In this document: in pieces, positions 49,473 to 62,386 of the stretch
Layout of the letters: every line of letters starts with the position of its first letter
Position numbering within the stretch: position 1 is the stretch's first letter
Origin: Nemertoderma westbladi
Taxonomy: Eukaryota; Animalia; Xenacoelomorpha
Direction of reading: 5' to 3'
Assembly: GCA_032718475.1 (NCBI GenBank)
Contig: JAUCBJ010004437.1
Location: 22,939 to 86,938 of the forward strand
DNA length: 64,000 nucleotides
Notes under the pieces: model-generated
What the model was told of the DNA's origin: nothing
Databases searched by the model: none
Seen by the model: only the letters and a program-made list of their open reading frames with translations
Program-made: the position numbers and the translations under genes

Positions 49473-50703
49473 TAGTGGGTGTGTGGAACCCGTTCCAACC
49501 AGTAGAGGGTGCCTGGAACCCGTTCCAACCCGTAGCGGGTCCGTTACAACCACTATAGGAGAGACTTGTAACCTGCGACCTACGAATCTACAACTTTTAT
49601 AGTTCCTTTGACTTCTGATTCATTATGAAACTGTATTTCTTTACAAATATGTTTTTATCTGTTTCTGTAACTCGCATATTAGAGGTTGTTTATCGTTCCT
49701 CACAATATGTTAAATGCTTGATAACGATAGTGTTCCGTTGTACCGCCCTTTACTGTAAGTTGATGTCCAACTAGGGTTTTGCAGATGATACATTTTAATG
49801 TTTTGAAATTACCAAACTTAAATGGTTAAAATATAATTATAGATATAGTATTGACATTGACAATATTAGTTTTTGTTGAAAAGGTAACATTATTGACAGC
49901 TATAAATTAGTGCAATATAAGCGAATATAATATAGTAGCAATATAATATGTAACACTGCCGTGCAATGTAAAAAGACCGTAAGTCGCATTTTTCCAAAAT
50001 TCACCTTTTCTGGGTCTAAAAAATAAAAAAAAACTAAAAACTAATTTGCGTTTTACTCGAAATGACTTTTTGTGACTTGCGTTCTTTTTACATTGCACGG
50101 CAGAACAGTAGATGGCCATAAACAAAAATAACTGTTTAAGTGGTGGCAAAAAAAGTAGACTTTTTTGTCGAGCGTAGCGAAACAAATAAGAAAGTATATA
50201 AGACAAAAAATGTTACTTTTTGCGATTTTTTGCGATTGTATTATTAGGTATTTGGTAGACATTATGACATTTTAATATACTGTAGTATGTGACAAACGGT
50301 CAGAGACCCACAACATCAGCATCGGCCGCTAGGAGGCGTTAAAAATTATACCGCTAGTTTTTTTATTTATTTAAGAATATTACATAAACTCGCAGAGTTG
50401 CAGAGGACGGTCACTTTAATTTCCAATTCACAATACAATATACAACTGTATACAAGTACAGACGATTAGGTATCGTTTTAGTACAATGAAAGCGAACCAA
50501 GAGGAAAGGGTTGTTGTTTGGCTGTAGCCTGTAGGTTACAGCCTGTTTATTGGTTCTGTATTAATAAAATAAAAGGGTTTACTGCATCCTGATTTAAATT
50601 CAATTATGAAATAGTGTTTAAAGTTGATTTAATACAGTAGAATAAGACGGCTACTACTACTACAGTATGTGTGCCCATGACCGGGATTTTTGGCATTAGT
50701 ATA

Positions 50704-51460
50704 CACCATGTCACAGAATATAGTGTCGTAATTCAGTGACAATTCATCTCCCGACCACTAACTGGGTGAGCCAGAATTTTTATTTTTGCTTTCAATCTTT
50801 ATAGCTACATGCGGTTTGTTGGTTGTTTGTTGGTACCAATGGAAAGCTGACCGTGCAAGGATTCCAAATATGTAAAAATATTTTAATTTGGTTGGGAAAT
50901 AGCTGAGATATGGGCATTCGAATTTTGCATGTATTTGCTTCCGCTGCAGGCCATTTATTCTATTAAATAAATACATCATATTCTGTAATTTTTGTTTATC
51001 CAAATACGTAGCTTGGCAACAATGCATTACATCTTCAATCATACTATTACGTAGCTATTCATACATTTAAAAAGTGTTCCAGAATATGGTTTATTTATTA
51101 AATAGAATAAAATAGCCTCGCGCAGGTGCAAAACCATACAACATTTGAACGCTCATATCTCAGCTATTATTCAACGAAATTCAAATTGTGTTACATATTT
51201 AGAATCCTTGCATGACCAGCTTTCCATAAGGTAGAAGAATAACTGCGGTGTAATTGGTGTAATATCGCTGGAGACACGTTTTTTAAACGCTTGTAGCTAA
51301 AGATTGAAAGCAAAAATAAAAATTCTGGCTCACCCAGGCAGTGGTCGGGAGGTGAAACTATCTCTGTTTCAAATTTCATGCAATCTCATTAAGATTTGTA
51401 GAAAAATTAGGGGGGGGGGGCGTGTCACTGAATTACGACACTATATTCTGGGACATGGTG
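50704..51460. mobile_element. Tc1/mariner-like MITE
   Basis: TIR CACCATGTC(A/C)CAGAATATAGTGTCGTAATTCAGTGACA flanked by TA; longer internal inverted repeats. Confidence 0.8.
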
Positions 51461-51799
51461 TAGTACAGTAAGTATGCCCAAATTAAAATAATTTAAAGTT
51501 ATTAATCATATTTGATTATCGGTTTATATCATGAGGTTTCTTGTTCTAGAACAAATAATTGACCCTCTGACAGTAAGATGGTAGGTAGTAATTTTGATTT
51601 TGTGTTAACTAGTACTTTATATTAGGTAGTGAAAAAAGTCATAATTGAAAACATTTTACCAACTTTTTCTTGTGAAAATGTCTCTTATTATAAATTTATA
51701 AATTATAAAGTGCGGTATTTTAAAATTATGGTGTAAATGGCCAAGGAAGGACGGAGGGGAATGCTCACAAAACTATAAACTGCTCCAGGTGCTGTCAAT

Positions 51800-54325
51800 G
51801 GTCCATCGAAGTATAAACGTGAATAATGATCGCCGTAAACCTGTTGATAATTAAGCAGATTTCCCACTTTAAAATTCCATCCATATTCTTAGAACGCTAA
51901 ATGTCCGATGGAAGTTCCTTGAACATTATTGATACCGCTAGGCGTAGTAGCGTACATGGTTCAGAAAAATCCTCGACCTTTCGCCCAAGGTGCTATCAAC
52001 TGTGTGTCGACGAATGGATATGGAATATTATCCATATTTATAAAATCGTTCTGAAGATCTCCATAGATCGCTGAACTGAGTTTAATAATTATTTCGTTGA
52101 ACAACATCTCGAGCACAGGTTGGGGAAGCATAGATCCATCTATTCCCATAGCTGGTTTCCATTCTGTGTCATTGACATAACGCTATGCGAGTTAAACTGT
52201 CCATGTCGGAGTCTCTTTTGGGTCTCTGTGAGGGTTTCAAAAAAGAGTATTCGATTGCATCAGGCAAGCGCGAGTGAAGATGTGCATAGAACCGGCTAGT
52301 CCTAGAATGTGGATCAATCGAGTTATCCCGAGTTCTCCAACAGGAATACTGCCTTGATCATCATATGTCACAACACCATACATTTCAATAATGTTTCAAG
52401 TTATATTCCATTCAGCTGTGGCTCTTTCCAAAGTCATATCCACAGGATGCCATAATGTCGCTCTGTCGCAGGCGTTAGGTAGATCACTATATTTTAAATA
52501 ATGCGTCGTGTGTGTATTTTCTTCCCCCTAGCATTGTGCTTCCTCGAATAACACGTCCCAGTTCGAATGGACTAATTGGGTTTTGATGAATCCATTGAGG
52601 TTGTACGGAGGGAACGCATCATTCTCTATTCTGGCAACATTGTATGGTTTTCGGAATAAGTTTGATTTAATTAACTGATCATGGTCAAGATGTATTTAAA
52701 GCTGCTACAGCTCAACGAGATCAAGGGGATTTATCAAAGGAAGAAACCTTAGGCTGTGTGTAGGATCTTCGGGTTTCACCATGTCATATTGCGCTAAATA
52801 ATCTTTGATCCCGTAAAATGAGTTTTGTAAGGGTTTAGCTCTCATATTAACCTTTTTACCATACGACGGACAAGGTCTGCTTGGTTGTTCGGAGTTTCAA
52901 CGAGAATACCATCTACACGAGCAGTTTCGATCGGGGATAATCTCGCGAGATCGCAAATCGGTACGGACTGGTTGAGGTTGCGCAGTGGCAAAGAGTTGAT
53001 TGCTGAACTGAGGGATCATCGAGGGGTGGATGATGGTTTTAGAATAGAGGTCAGTCATGAGTACCTGAGTTTCAGGTTGCACTAAAGCTGCTTCCTCTCT
53101 CTCGTCCATTTCAATATGTTTCTCATCGAGCTGATTCCCCTCTTCCTGTCTCCGAAACCGATCGCCCAAAAACTCTTGTAGCGAGTATGTATGCCGAAGT
53201 TCAATATCCCTTTCCAGTTCTTCAATTTCTCCATCAAACTGAGTTAAAGAGTGTTCTCTCACAGCTTGTACCTGATGATGTAATTTGCATTTGTCTAAGA
53301 CATCGTGAGTTCCCTTTCCGATCTTTTGACAGATCGCTTCAAGTGCATTCTTTACTTCACTTTCTTCCACTTCAGTAACAGGTTGGATTGGTGCCAAACC
53401 AGGCCAATTATACGGGTTGACAGGGGAGATCATATTTCCTCATCCCAATCCGGCTAGGTATGTAGGGCGAATATCCAAGGAACCGATTCGCCACAAATTA
53501 ATTGTTCAGGTAAAACCAGATCTTTGAACAGAGAGTATGACTCAGGAGTGTCAGTTATACTTAGAGGATCGAGAGTTTGTGGTCGCACCGAGGGGTGAGG
53601 GAGTCTGACTGAGTATTCCGGAACTCTGATCATAGGTTTACTTTAGGATCGTTTGAGTCGAGCGATCGTGGGTTGCACGTCGAACAAGTTTCGCTCAACA
53701 CTCCCGTAAGTATAGCGCGTGGAACTATGTGTAGCGCAACGTCTCCGCGGGTGCTTATATTGTTCTGTTTGTTGATTGGGTCTAGGGAATTCGTCACAAT
53801 AATACCAAAGATGCACATCTTGTAGGTGAAATGCTGGTGACCTTTCCCCCGTTTTACAGTATTCTTCCATCTGTTCGAAGTTGTCCGGTACAAAAGGTAG
53901 TGGTTGATTCGCCGTAAGGAACATCATAGTAAAATCGAATCGTTTGAGTTCGATCATGGGTCAGGATGTATACCTTGAGCATATCGAGTTTCCAAGTTCT
54001 ATTGACTAGCGTTGTTGAGATAAGTTTCTCGCAGGAACTACAAATATTCGTAAAAGTTCGTGCATTTGTCAGGTTCTTCTACATCTTCTCTTTCGAGACG
54101 ATTTCTAATAGAGTTTTCATGGTCGATCCGCAGCTTGTCATTTCGACTCCGTTGTGCATGAAATTTGAATAGAATCATCTTCGTTTCCGTATCCAAATCA
54201 TCAGTATCGTGTAAATCGATAGGATGACCAGTAGTTAGGAAATCCATATACGTACCATTTCGATGAGTATAGCGAGAGGTGAATTTTCTATAATCTAATT
54301 CATGCTTAAGCTGTTCCTCAGTCAT
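51800..54325 (-). pseudogene. Degenerate, longer homolog of the outer element's accessory ORF; left boundary approximate
   Basis: LDYRKFTSRYTHRNGTYMDFLTTGHPIDLH, ENSIRNRLEREDVEEPDK and PRPNQQTE..KHPRRRC match 3489-4619. A mostly open frame continues to about 51800. Confidence 0.85.
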
Positions 54326-54349
54326 CGCCCATTGGTGGTTTGATGTTTT

Positions 54350-55640
54350 TCGAAAAAAATTGTTAGCATACTTTCAATATATGGGATACCTGATGAAATT
54401 ATTGCAGCAATCAGATCAGTATACGATGGTTCGACAACATTTGTGTCTACTGTTGACGGTGACACAGAACCATTTGAAGTGTTATGGGGCGTCCTCCAGG
54501 GAGACACATTTGCACCATTCTTGTTCATAATTGTGGTTGACTATGTTCTACGCATGTCCTTAGATCATCATAATGATGATGGGGTGATGATAACTCCACC
54601 TACTGGCTCCAGAAGTCGAGGAAATCCTGCCAAGTACCTAACTTATCTTGGCTTTGCTGATGACTTAGGAGTACTCTCAGAATCACTTGAGAGAGCCCAA
54701 CGGCTCCTCAGCTAATTAGAACATGCTGCTTCTAGTGTTGGTCTTTTTATTAACTCCAGAAAGACCAACATTTTGACAGTTAACTTTGAAAGTCCTCAGC
54801 AAGTCTCTGATCGGATGAGCATAAGCTCACAGGATGGTATGCTTGAGCATGTGGACGACTTCTGTTACCTGGGATCATGGATCCGGAAGTCAGGTGAGGA
54901 CTTTCGAATATGTAAGGGAGAGGCATGGGCAGCCTTGAATAGGCTTTCCAGGATTTGGAAGTCACATAGAATTAATCGAAAACTTAAGGTCAGATTATTT
55001 AGAGCAGCAGTATTTCCAGTACTCCTCTATGGCGAATATGTAAGGGAGAGGCATGGGCAGCCTTGAATAGTCTTTCCAGGATTTGGAAGTCACATAGAAT
55101 TAATCGAAAACTTAAGGTCAGATTATTTAGAGCAGCAGTATTTCCAGTACTCCTCTATGGGAGTCCATGTTGGGCTCTAACTGCTGAGGACACCAAATCT
55201 CTGGAAGGCACATTCACAAGAATACTACGCCGGGTTCACTGTGTCAAGTACAATACACACATCTCCAACTACAGTAGACACTATATAACATTTGAGGTGC
55301 TTCATTGGTTCCACCATGCTTGACACTAGAACAAAATCGCCTCCGCTTTGCAGGAGATTGCATTCGGCGTGAGGACCAGCCAGTGCATAATCTTGTACTT
55401 TGGCAGCCTCATGGAGTGAATAAGCATGGTGGACAGCCCATGACTTTCTTGAGACTCTTCTTAAAGGACACTGGCCTTGAAGATGCGGATGATATAGCAA
55501 ATGTCATGGGTGATAGGGAGTTGTGGCGGCGCAATTTTGTCGACAAACCGGCACAGCATTCTTAAAAATGCAATTATAAAAAAAATAAAACTGCAATGCA
55601 CCATACCGAACCTACTGTAGTAGTAGTAGTAGTAGTAGTA
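54350..55640 (+). mobile_element. 5'-truncated RTE-like LINE (RT and 3' end), with a stop and a 128-bp internal tandem duplication
   Basis: GVLQGDTFAPFLFIIVVDY, FADD, VDDFCYLGS; 54905-55032 repeated at 55033-55160; (TAG)n tail. Confidence 0.9.
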
Positions 55641-56270
55641 CAGTAGAATGTAGTGAACTGGCTATATTACGATGGCTTTGTTTCAATACCCAGTACAAAG
55701 TATTGCTTGTTTTTTCTCAGTACTGATTTGTTATAGGTACACTTCCCTCATAATTTTTAAGGTAGCTAGTTTTTGCTATTTCTTTAAATGGATATGTTCT
55801 AGAATATGTTAGTTATGTTATTTAAAAAAATGAATAAAAATTGTTATAGAACAAGTATTGTTGTGTTCTAGAATATTTTTAAAAATAATAAAGAAAATAA
55901 TGTATTATTTTCTTTATTGTTAAATTATCTAGAACATCTTAGCTATTCAGAACTAGATTTAAAAAATGTTCTACTGCATTTAGTTTGCATAGTGCAATAC
56001 AACCCAACCCCAAATAAACCTACTGTAAACAAACATAGAAGGCCTACGTACTTGTAGAGTTGTGAATCTTTGTGTATAATCTTCTTATTTAGCTATAATA
56101 TTCTTAGCTATAAATTTTAGCTACAGAAAAACTACTGTCCTAGGAGATATAAATGCAACTTCATTAATTAAAAATATATCTCTTAACTATAAAATCTCTT
56201 AGCTATAAAATAAACAACTAATTTATAATAGCAAATTACTGTATATCAAATACCTTCAAATATCTTCACA

Positions 56271-57086
56271 ATGCAATTATTCCCGCGAAATGCAATGCAG
56301 GAAGTAGTCATGTGGATGTATGCTTTAATCTTCATTCATTCATTGTTATCATATGTTGCTGCGTTTGAAATAACACCGGTGCCGGTTGTAGAGTGTAAAT
56401 CAGGTTGTCCTGCTATCATCACTAGTGCTGGTGGTAGCGGGGTGTGCCATTCTTGTGAAATCAATGGCGAAGAGAGATTTGAATGTCCGAAGGATTACCC
56501 GGAATTGCTTGACTATCAAGCAAAATGTAAGGAATTAACGGATGAACTATGGGGAGATGCAATGACAACGATCATTATTGTAGTTATAGTCGTGGTGGTG
56601 GTTATCATTTTGAGTTGCATAGGGGTCGGCGTTGGATGTTGCTTGTATAGTAGAAGTAGACGTCGTCAACGAATGCTGATACACATGCAGCAAGGACAAG
56701 GGGGTATGATGATGGGCCAAAGAATGGGGTCACCTGGTATGGGTGTACCAGGGATGGTGGCCCCAGGGATGGGGGCACCAGGGATGGGTGCACCAGGGAT
56801 GGGGGCACCTGGGATGGGTGCACCAGGGATGGGGGCACCAGGGATGGGTGCACCAGGGATGGGTGCACCTGGTATGGGGGCACCAGGGATGGGGGCACCA
56901 GGGATGGGTGGACCAGGGATGGGTGCACCAGGGATGGGGGCACCAGGGATGGGTGCACCAGGGATGGGGGCACCAGGGATGGGTGCACCAGGGATGGGGG
57001 CACCAGGGATGGGTGCACCAGGGATGGGGGCACCAGGGATGGGTGCACAAATGATGGGGGCACCAGGAAAGGGGGCACAACAATGA
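56271..57086 (+). CDS. Single-pass type I membrane protein, Cys-rich ectodomain, (GMGAP)n cytoplasmic tail; start may be a downstream Met
   Basis: Hydrophobic N-terminus (MWMYALIFIHSLLSYVAA), six ectodomain Cys, TM IIIVVIVVVVVIILSCIGVGVGCC, SRSRRRQR stop-transfer. Repeat variation is mostly at third codon positions of this frame. Confidence 0.85.
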   Translation: MQLFPRNAMQEVVMWMYALIFIHSLLSYVAAFEITPVPVVECKSGCPAIITSAGGSGVCHSCEINGEERFECPKDYPELLDYQAKCKELTDELWGDAMTTIIIVVIVVVVVIILSCIGVGVGCCLYSRSRRRQRMLIHMQQGQGGMMMGQRMGSPGMGVPGMVAPGMGAPGMGAPGMGAPGMGAPGMGAPGMGAPGMGAPGMGAPGMGAPGMGGPGMGAPGMGAPGMGAPGMGAPGMGAPGMGAPGMGAPGMGAPGMGAQMMGAPGKGAQQ

Positions 57087-57789
57087 TGACACGAGTATCA
57101 TTTCACTGTCTGCTACCAGCTTACCCGGCGCATCCGCAACTCTTAAGACAGTCCCAACTCTTAACTACAGTATTTAATTAAACCATGTAGGCCTAGCACT
57201 TAACTATCATTCAAAGATAAATAAATTATATTCGATGTTTATATGTGAAAAAAATATATGCAGTTTATAACTAACGTCGTCTTTTTTTACATTCGAAAGT
57301 GTTTGTCGATTTTGTCGGTGGTGAGAAGGTCGATATTGTTGTAATCTGATTCCAGAATGTATCTCTAGTTGAATATCAACCTAACTTCTCACTCGCACTG
57401 AAGTTCGGCCAGGGAACCTGCTGTCGGAAGAACCGGTCGAGAAATATGGATGAACCCAGAGGAAGTACCTTGAATAAGAATGGTTGTGTGACTTACAACG
57501 TATTGTTTCTGGTATCAAATAGTCATGTTATCTTACCAATACACTAATAATGTTATCGCAACTAAGTTGCGAACAACGTTCAAACCAATAACTAAAGCAA
57601 ATATGCCAATAAAGGGTTAGCGGTAAAGAGGTGATATTTAATACAGAAACTACAATTTACGAATGAGCTCTACTGTACATCCAATATGGACATGTTAAAT
57701 ACACCAATAATATCAATCATACCTGGTTAATCTACCATTAGCACATTTAACTTTTTTTTGGGTACAGCTTTTGCAAAGTCGGCAACGAC

Positions 57790-57860
57790 GTCTAGGTGGG
57801 ATCGAACGGGTGACCTCCGAGTTGGAAGTCTGACACTCTAACCATTCAGCTAGCGGCTCA
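57790..57860 (-). mobile_element. tRNA-derived SINE-like head
   Basis: Minus strand TAGCTGAATGG (A box) and GTTCGATCCC (B box); acceptor stem does not pair. Confidence 0.6.
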
Positions 57861-59890
57861 GGTGAAATATAGACCTGGAAATACTAACTGATACCTTGTA
57901 TGTCCGCAATATACCTCATCATGGCTTCCCATCTGTCATCTACCCCTATTAGTACTAAAATGAAGGCACCTATACACTTTTTGGTGATCCCTGCGATTCC
58001 ATTGCCGCTAAGCATAACACTTGAGAGTCCAATGGTGTGCCTATGTATATCTTAATGCCGTTTTATAGGGCTCCTCCATAGTAGGCTTCGTGGCTTTAGA
58101 CTTCCTATCTTTATAACAACGATATATAGGGTTTCTTCTTTGTAGACTATGTTTCTTTAGACAGCCTCTCTTTAAAGCGGTAAAGGATATCACAAAAAAT
58201 ACAGAAAGAATTAAAAAGATGCTCAATGCTCATTCGTCCTGAAATAGTCAATTTAGTAGGTGTGAAGTATAAAAACCTTCAAAGTAGATTGAAAATATTA
58301 TCGAGATATTGCAGAATATTGCATTGGATATGAATATTGGATATTATAAATCTCAATATAATATATTGAATATTGGATAATATGGATAAGTATTGCATTG
58401 GATAAGGCCAAGTCAACTCTACTGTTTACTGCAATGGAAGACTGAATCGGCCTATCTTTTTGTGCACCAACTCGATAACAATATTACACTACTGTTACTT
58501 TTAATGGGTTTTCACTTAATAGAATCTAATTACTGTAGATAATTGCTAGCAGGTGGAATAATAAGCCTGTTATAGATTATCTAAGGATATCTGAAGCATC
58601 GCTTTTAGTAGTCCCTATATGGCTTCACACTTCAATATTATGTACAGCCGGCCTGCACCTCTTGCGGAATATCCCAAGAACTAAGAATCACTCCAGTCCT
58701 AATTAGAAGATGTCTACATACACTAAATCAATGATTGCAATTGCAATGATTATTGATTCTGTGGCATAATTTAGTGATATGCATAAATTGTGACACGGTG
58801 ATGTTGAGTTGAACATTACAAAACCTTTTAATACTGTATCTTTAACATTATTTTCTCTACTACTTTTGAAGGTGGTTCTACACCGACGAGTATATTCCTG
58901 ACGAAGTGGCATAAATAAAAGTATAAATCGAATATACAGTCCCAATCCCAATAAGCATTAACTTGGTCGTTTTGGCGGCCAAAATGACCGCAATCGCCAA
59001 AAAAATGTAGTGTATTCCTATGGGCTGTTTGGTCGTTTTGGCTAAGCGATTTAACTATAGTCCAGCCAAGTCCAGACAGCCCGTCTCCTTGGCCATCCAT
59101 TTGGTTGCTCTGACTAAATGTCGGCTTGCTTTCATTTTTATTATTGACAGATTGCTAACTTACCTGAAGCTGAGTCGGGCCTTCTAGAAATTATTTGATT
59201 ATCTCTGTAAAGCAAAGTTAAATAGAATAAAAGGCATTCAGCAGCACGGGATTGGAGGCTGACTGGAGGCTGAAACAAAAACAAGATTTACAGTAGAAAT
59301 TATGATATTGGGAGAGTTCTAGAAAATATAATTTGCTGCAATCTTGGACGTATTTGTATTCTCCTCCTTACATTTAGAAAAGCTACAAAAATTTGTTTTA
59401 GCTACCGGATTTACATTACTTAATGTTCACTCTTTTAAATTATTTTTTTATATCTCAACCGATAGTGTTTTTTAATTTTTATGATTACAATTTTATATTT
59501 ATTTTTAAGCCCTCTGAAACTACCTCATGAGAGCGCTATATAAATAGTTAAAATAGCTAAATAATAGTAATAATAATACAAGAAGTAACAAAAAGTAACA
59601 AAAAGTAAGTAGGCCTACAGAACCAGTATCTAAACTACTAGCCGGAGCTCATTAAATTTTTAAACAGATACCACAAAATTTGTTAACTTACTTAGCAAAG
59701 AAGTTACAATTACGTATATTAACCTAATAATTACCTTGAATTACCTTTAATTGCAGAAAATACCTTTTTATTACCATAGTTACAGTACATAGCTGCTATA
59801 ATACAGTATAATGTACGGTACATCACTTTGGTTGTAATATTTTTCTGCATTTACAACTACCGGTAATTTATTACCAATATATTAGTAATA

Positions 59891-60481
59891 ATGTGGATTT
59901 ATACTTTAATCTGTATTGATGTACTTTTGTCATATATTTTTGCAAATGATATAAAAAATAAGATGAATTGTCCGAAAATCCCTGGGTTTGGCATCTTCGA
60001 ATGCAATAATCAATGTGCTAGCTCAAAAGAAGAAGCAATTCGCTTAAACAAAACATGTAATGCGAATAATCAGGGGGTGGCAGTGTTGTTCACAGAGAGC
60101 GTCACACTCATCATTGTACTTGTGATAGTGGCCATCATCTTGGGAGTCGTCGGAATTTGCGAAAACAAGAGACGTAATCGGCGACGCAGACTGAAGCGAA
60201 TGCAATACGGACAAGATGGGATAATAATGGGGATGGGACAAGGGATGGGTGCAACGGGGATGGGGGCACCAGGGATGGGGGCACCAGGGATGGGTGCACC
60301 AGGGATGGGGGCACCAGGGATGGGTGGACCAGGGATGGGTGCACCAGGGATGGGTGCAAATGGGATGGGTTCACCAGGGATGGGGGCACCAGGGATGGGG
60401 GCACCAAGGATGGAGGCTCCAGGGATGGAGGCACCATGGATGAGGGCACCAGGGATGGGGGCACAAATGATGGGGCAGTAG
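59891..60481 (+). CDS. Paralog of 56271-57086 (196 aa): signal peptide, Cys-containing ectodomain, TM, GMGAP repeats
   Basis: MWIYTLICIDVLLSYIFA vs MWMYALIFIHSLLSYVAA; TM followed by KRRNRRRRLKR; same 15-bp repeat. Confidence 0.8.
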   Translation: MWIYTLICIDVLLSYIFANDIKNKMNCPKIPGFGIFECNNQCASSKEEAIRLNKTCNANNQGVAVLFTESVTLIIVLVIVAIILGVVGICENKRRNRRRRLKRMQYGQDGIIMGMGQGMGATGMGAPGMGAPGMGAPGMGAPGMGGPGMGAPGMGANGMGSPGMGAPGMGAPRMEAPGMEAPWMRAPGMGAQMMGQ

Positions 60482-60520
60482 GAAATGGGGAACCAGATAC
60501 TTGGGCACCCGGGATGAGAG

Positions 60521-60720
60521 CACCAATGGGGGCAGCTCAATGGGAGCACCAATGGGAGCGGCTCAATGGGAGCACCAAGGGGGTGGCTCAATGGGAGCAC
60601 CAGGGGGCGGCTCAATGGGAGCACCATGGGGGCGGCTCAATGGGAGCACCAATGGGGGCAGCTCAATGGGAGCACCAATGGAGGCAGCTCAATGGGAGCA
60701 CCAATGGGGGCAGCTCAATG
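60521..60720 (+). repeat. About 26-bp minisatellite (CACCAATGGGGGCAGCTCAATGGGAG, about 8 copies)
   Basis: Visible tandem units of variable length, mostly not a multiple of 3. Confidence 0.85.
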
Positions 60721-61099
60721 GAAGGGGGATTAGGAATGGGAGGAGGGGAATAGTGGGTCCAGTAATTATATATTGCGTTGATAATCCAAAGATAACTTCA
60801 TACAATAACAACCACAGAACATATGTAGTAGAGTCGGGGAGTTTAGTAGAGAGATAAACGTATTTATGTAGTAGGCCTAAGTCTCAGTTTATATTGCTTT
60901 TTTTAAAAATAAATTTGTTTATCATTAATTCTCGCTTTTTCACTAAAAGGCACTGAAAGTCTGTAACTTTACAGCGACCACAGAACCGTTTACCCGGTTT
61001 CTTTATCTTTTTACATTCCTGGAACTAAATCAAAGTACAGTAGCCCGATATTTATTATATACTAATACTAACTACCGTCTATTAACTATTCAATTCAGG

Positions 61100-61750
61100 A
61101 GCACTGGTGTCGTCGCGATGTAACCTGCGCGGCGCACTACTCTTAGTGTATCAGATGTAGTGAAAACTCCATTACAAACCCCACACCACACCACTACGCC
61201 ACTTGGTGCGTGACCCACGCAAATAATGGGATGTCACATGCACAACCGTAAAAAGCACCCTGGATCGAACCTAACCCATAACAGTGGAATAGGGTTTATC
61301 CGAAGAGTGTTGTATTCTATCGGCAATTATTCCCAGGAGTCTGTTCGCCTGTGGGGCCAGCACACCAATGCAGGAAACCACGAAAGGCGAGAATTCTCAT
61401 CGACGTGCCCACGTGACTGCAGCAGAGTAAAATCTCTTCTTCTCATCCTCCACGGCATCCAATACGGACATGGAAGAGCGAGTAACATAGGACTCGGCGT
61501 CAAGATTGGTTCATCGAATATCGAACAACGCCTGAATCTGTCTGTTAAACTACAAACCCGGCCACGTTACTTCGCACGCACTGGTCTACGCTTTCCCTAA
61601 TGACATTGCGTGGCACGAATGTCTTCAGCAACACAACCATGTTCTTACACACCCATAAATTGTAGAATGATACCCCGGTTAGTGGCAGTTGCGTGAGACG
61701 GTGGCAGTTAATAGCGCCATGATTCCGATTAAATGTTGCACTCAAGGTCT
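61100..61750 (-). mobile_element. CRE-like non-LTR retrotransposon 3' fragment (restriction-like endonuclease region), degenerate
   Basis: Minus-strand translation ALFDIR*TNLDAESY..EDEKKRFY..FSPFVVS..PYSTVMG*VRSRV..LRGSRTKWR. Confidence 0.75.
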
Positions 61751-62386
61751 ACAGTAACTAAAGACAACATTTATATTGGAAATCGTAATTACAGTATTAG
61801 TAATCCCTTGAAGTTGAATCCTTCAGCAAGAAAAACCTTGTATAACAACCTCAGTCTCGATAGTTATACGGTTTATTTAATATCACTTCATTTTTGATAC
61901 AGAAAGTATTATGCAGAAAACAGATATGGAGTGGTTGGCCCTCAAGTGTCGATTACCTCATGGTTAGGCTGCAAGTTATTTTGGCAGATATTGGCAAATT
62001 CGTAACTATTAATATTAAATTATTATTCAACTTTTTAAACCCATTATTTCTTCTATTTCCTCAACGAAATTCATATGTTTTAGTCTTTTACATTTGAAAT
62101 TATAGCACCTTTCCATTTTTGCTATATTTTTGTTAACGATATTTTAAGATTTAAAGTAAGTAATAGAAGGGTTAAGAATACATTTAGGGAAAACTGTATC
62201 AATCCTATTACTACCCACCTCCCACTGAAAAAAGTTCACAAAAACGTAAGGGTATATAATATAAACTCTCTTATCTGCCTTCATTTTATTGCCATACCTA
62301 AACTTAAACACACATTTTTTCATAGTTTTCCAACAATTATGGTAATTATGGTAATTTAAACAACATGTTACTGTATAGCATATTTA

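Noticed and set aside
56605-57101. Alternative-frame ORFs (GWGHQ)n, (PWCPH)n, (PSLVP)n, likewise at 60044-60627
   Set aside because: Shadows of the 15-bp repeat; synonymous variation and signal/TM context favour the GMGAP frame.
57790-57860. tRNA gene (also 45300-45392)
   Set aside because: A/B boxes are present but stems do not form a cloverleaf; better read as SINE heads.
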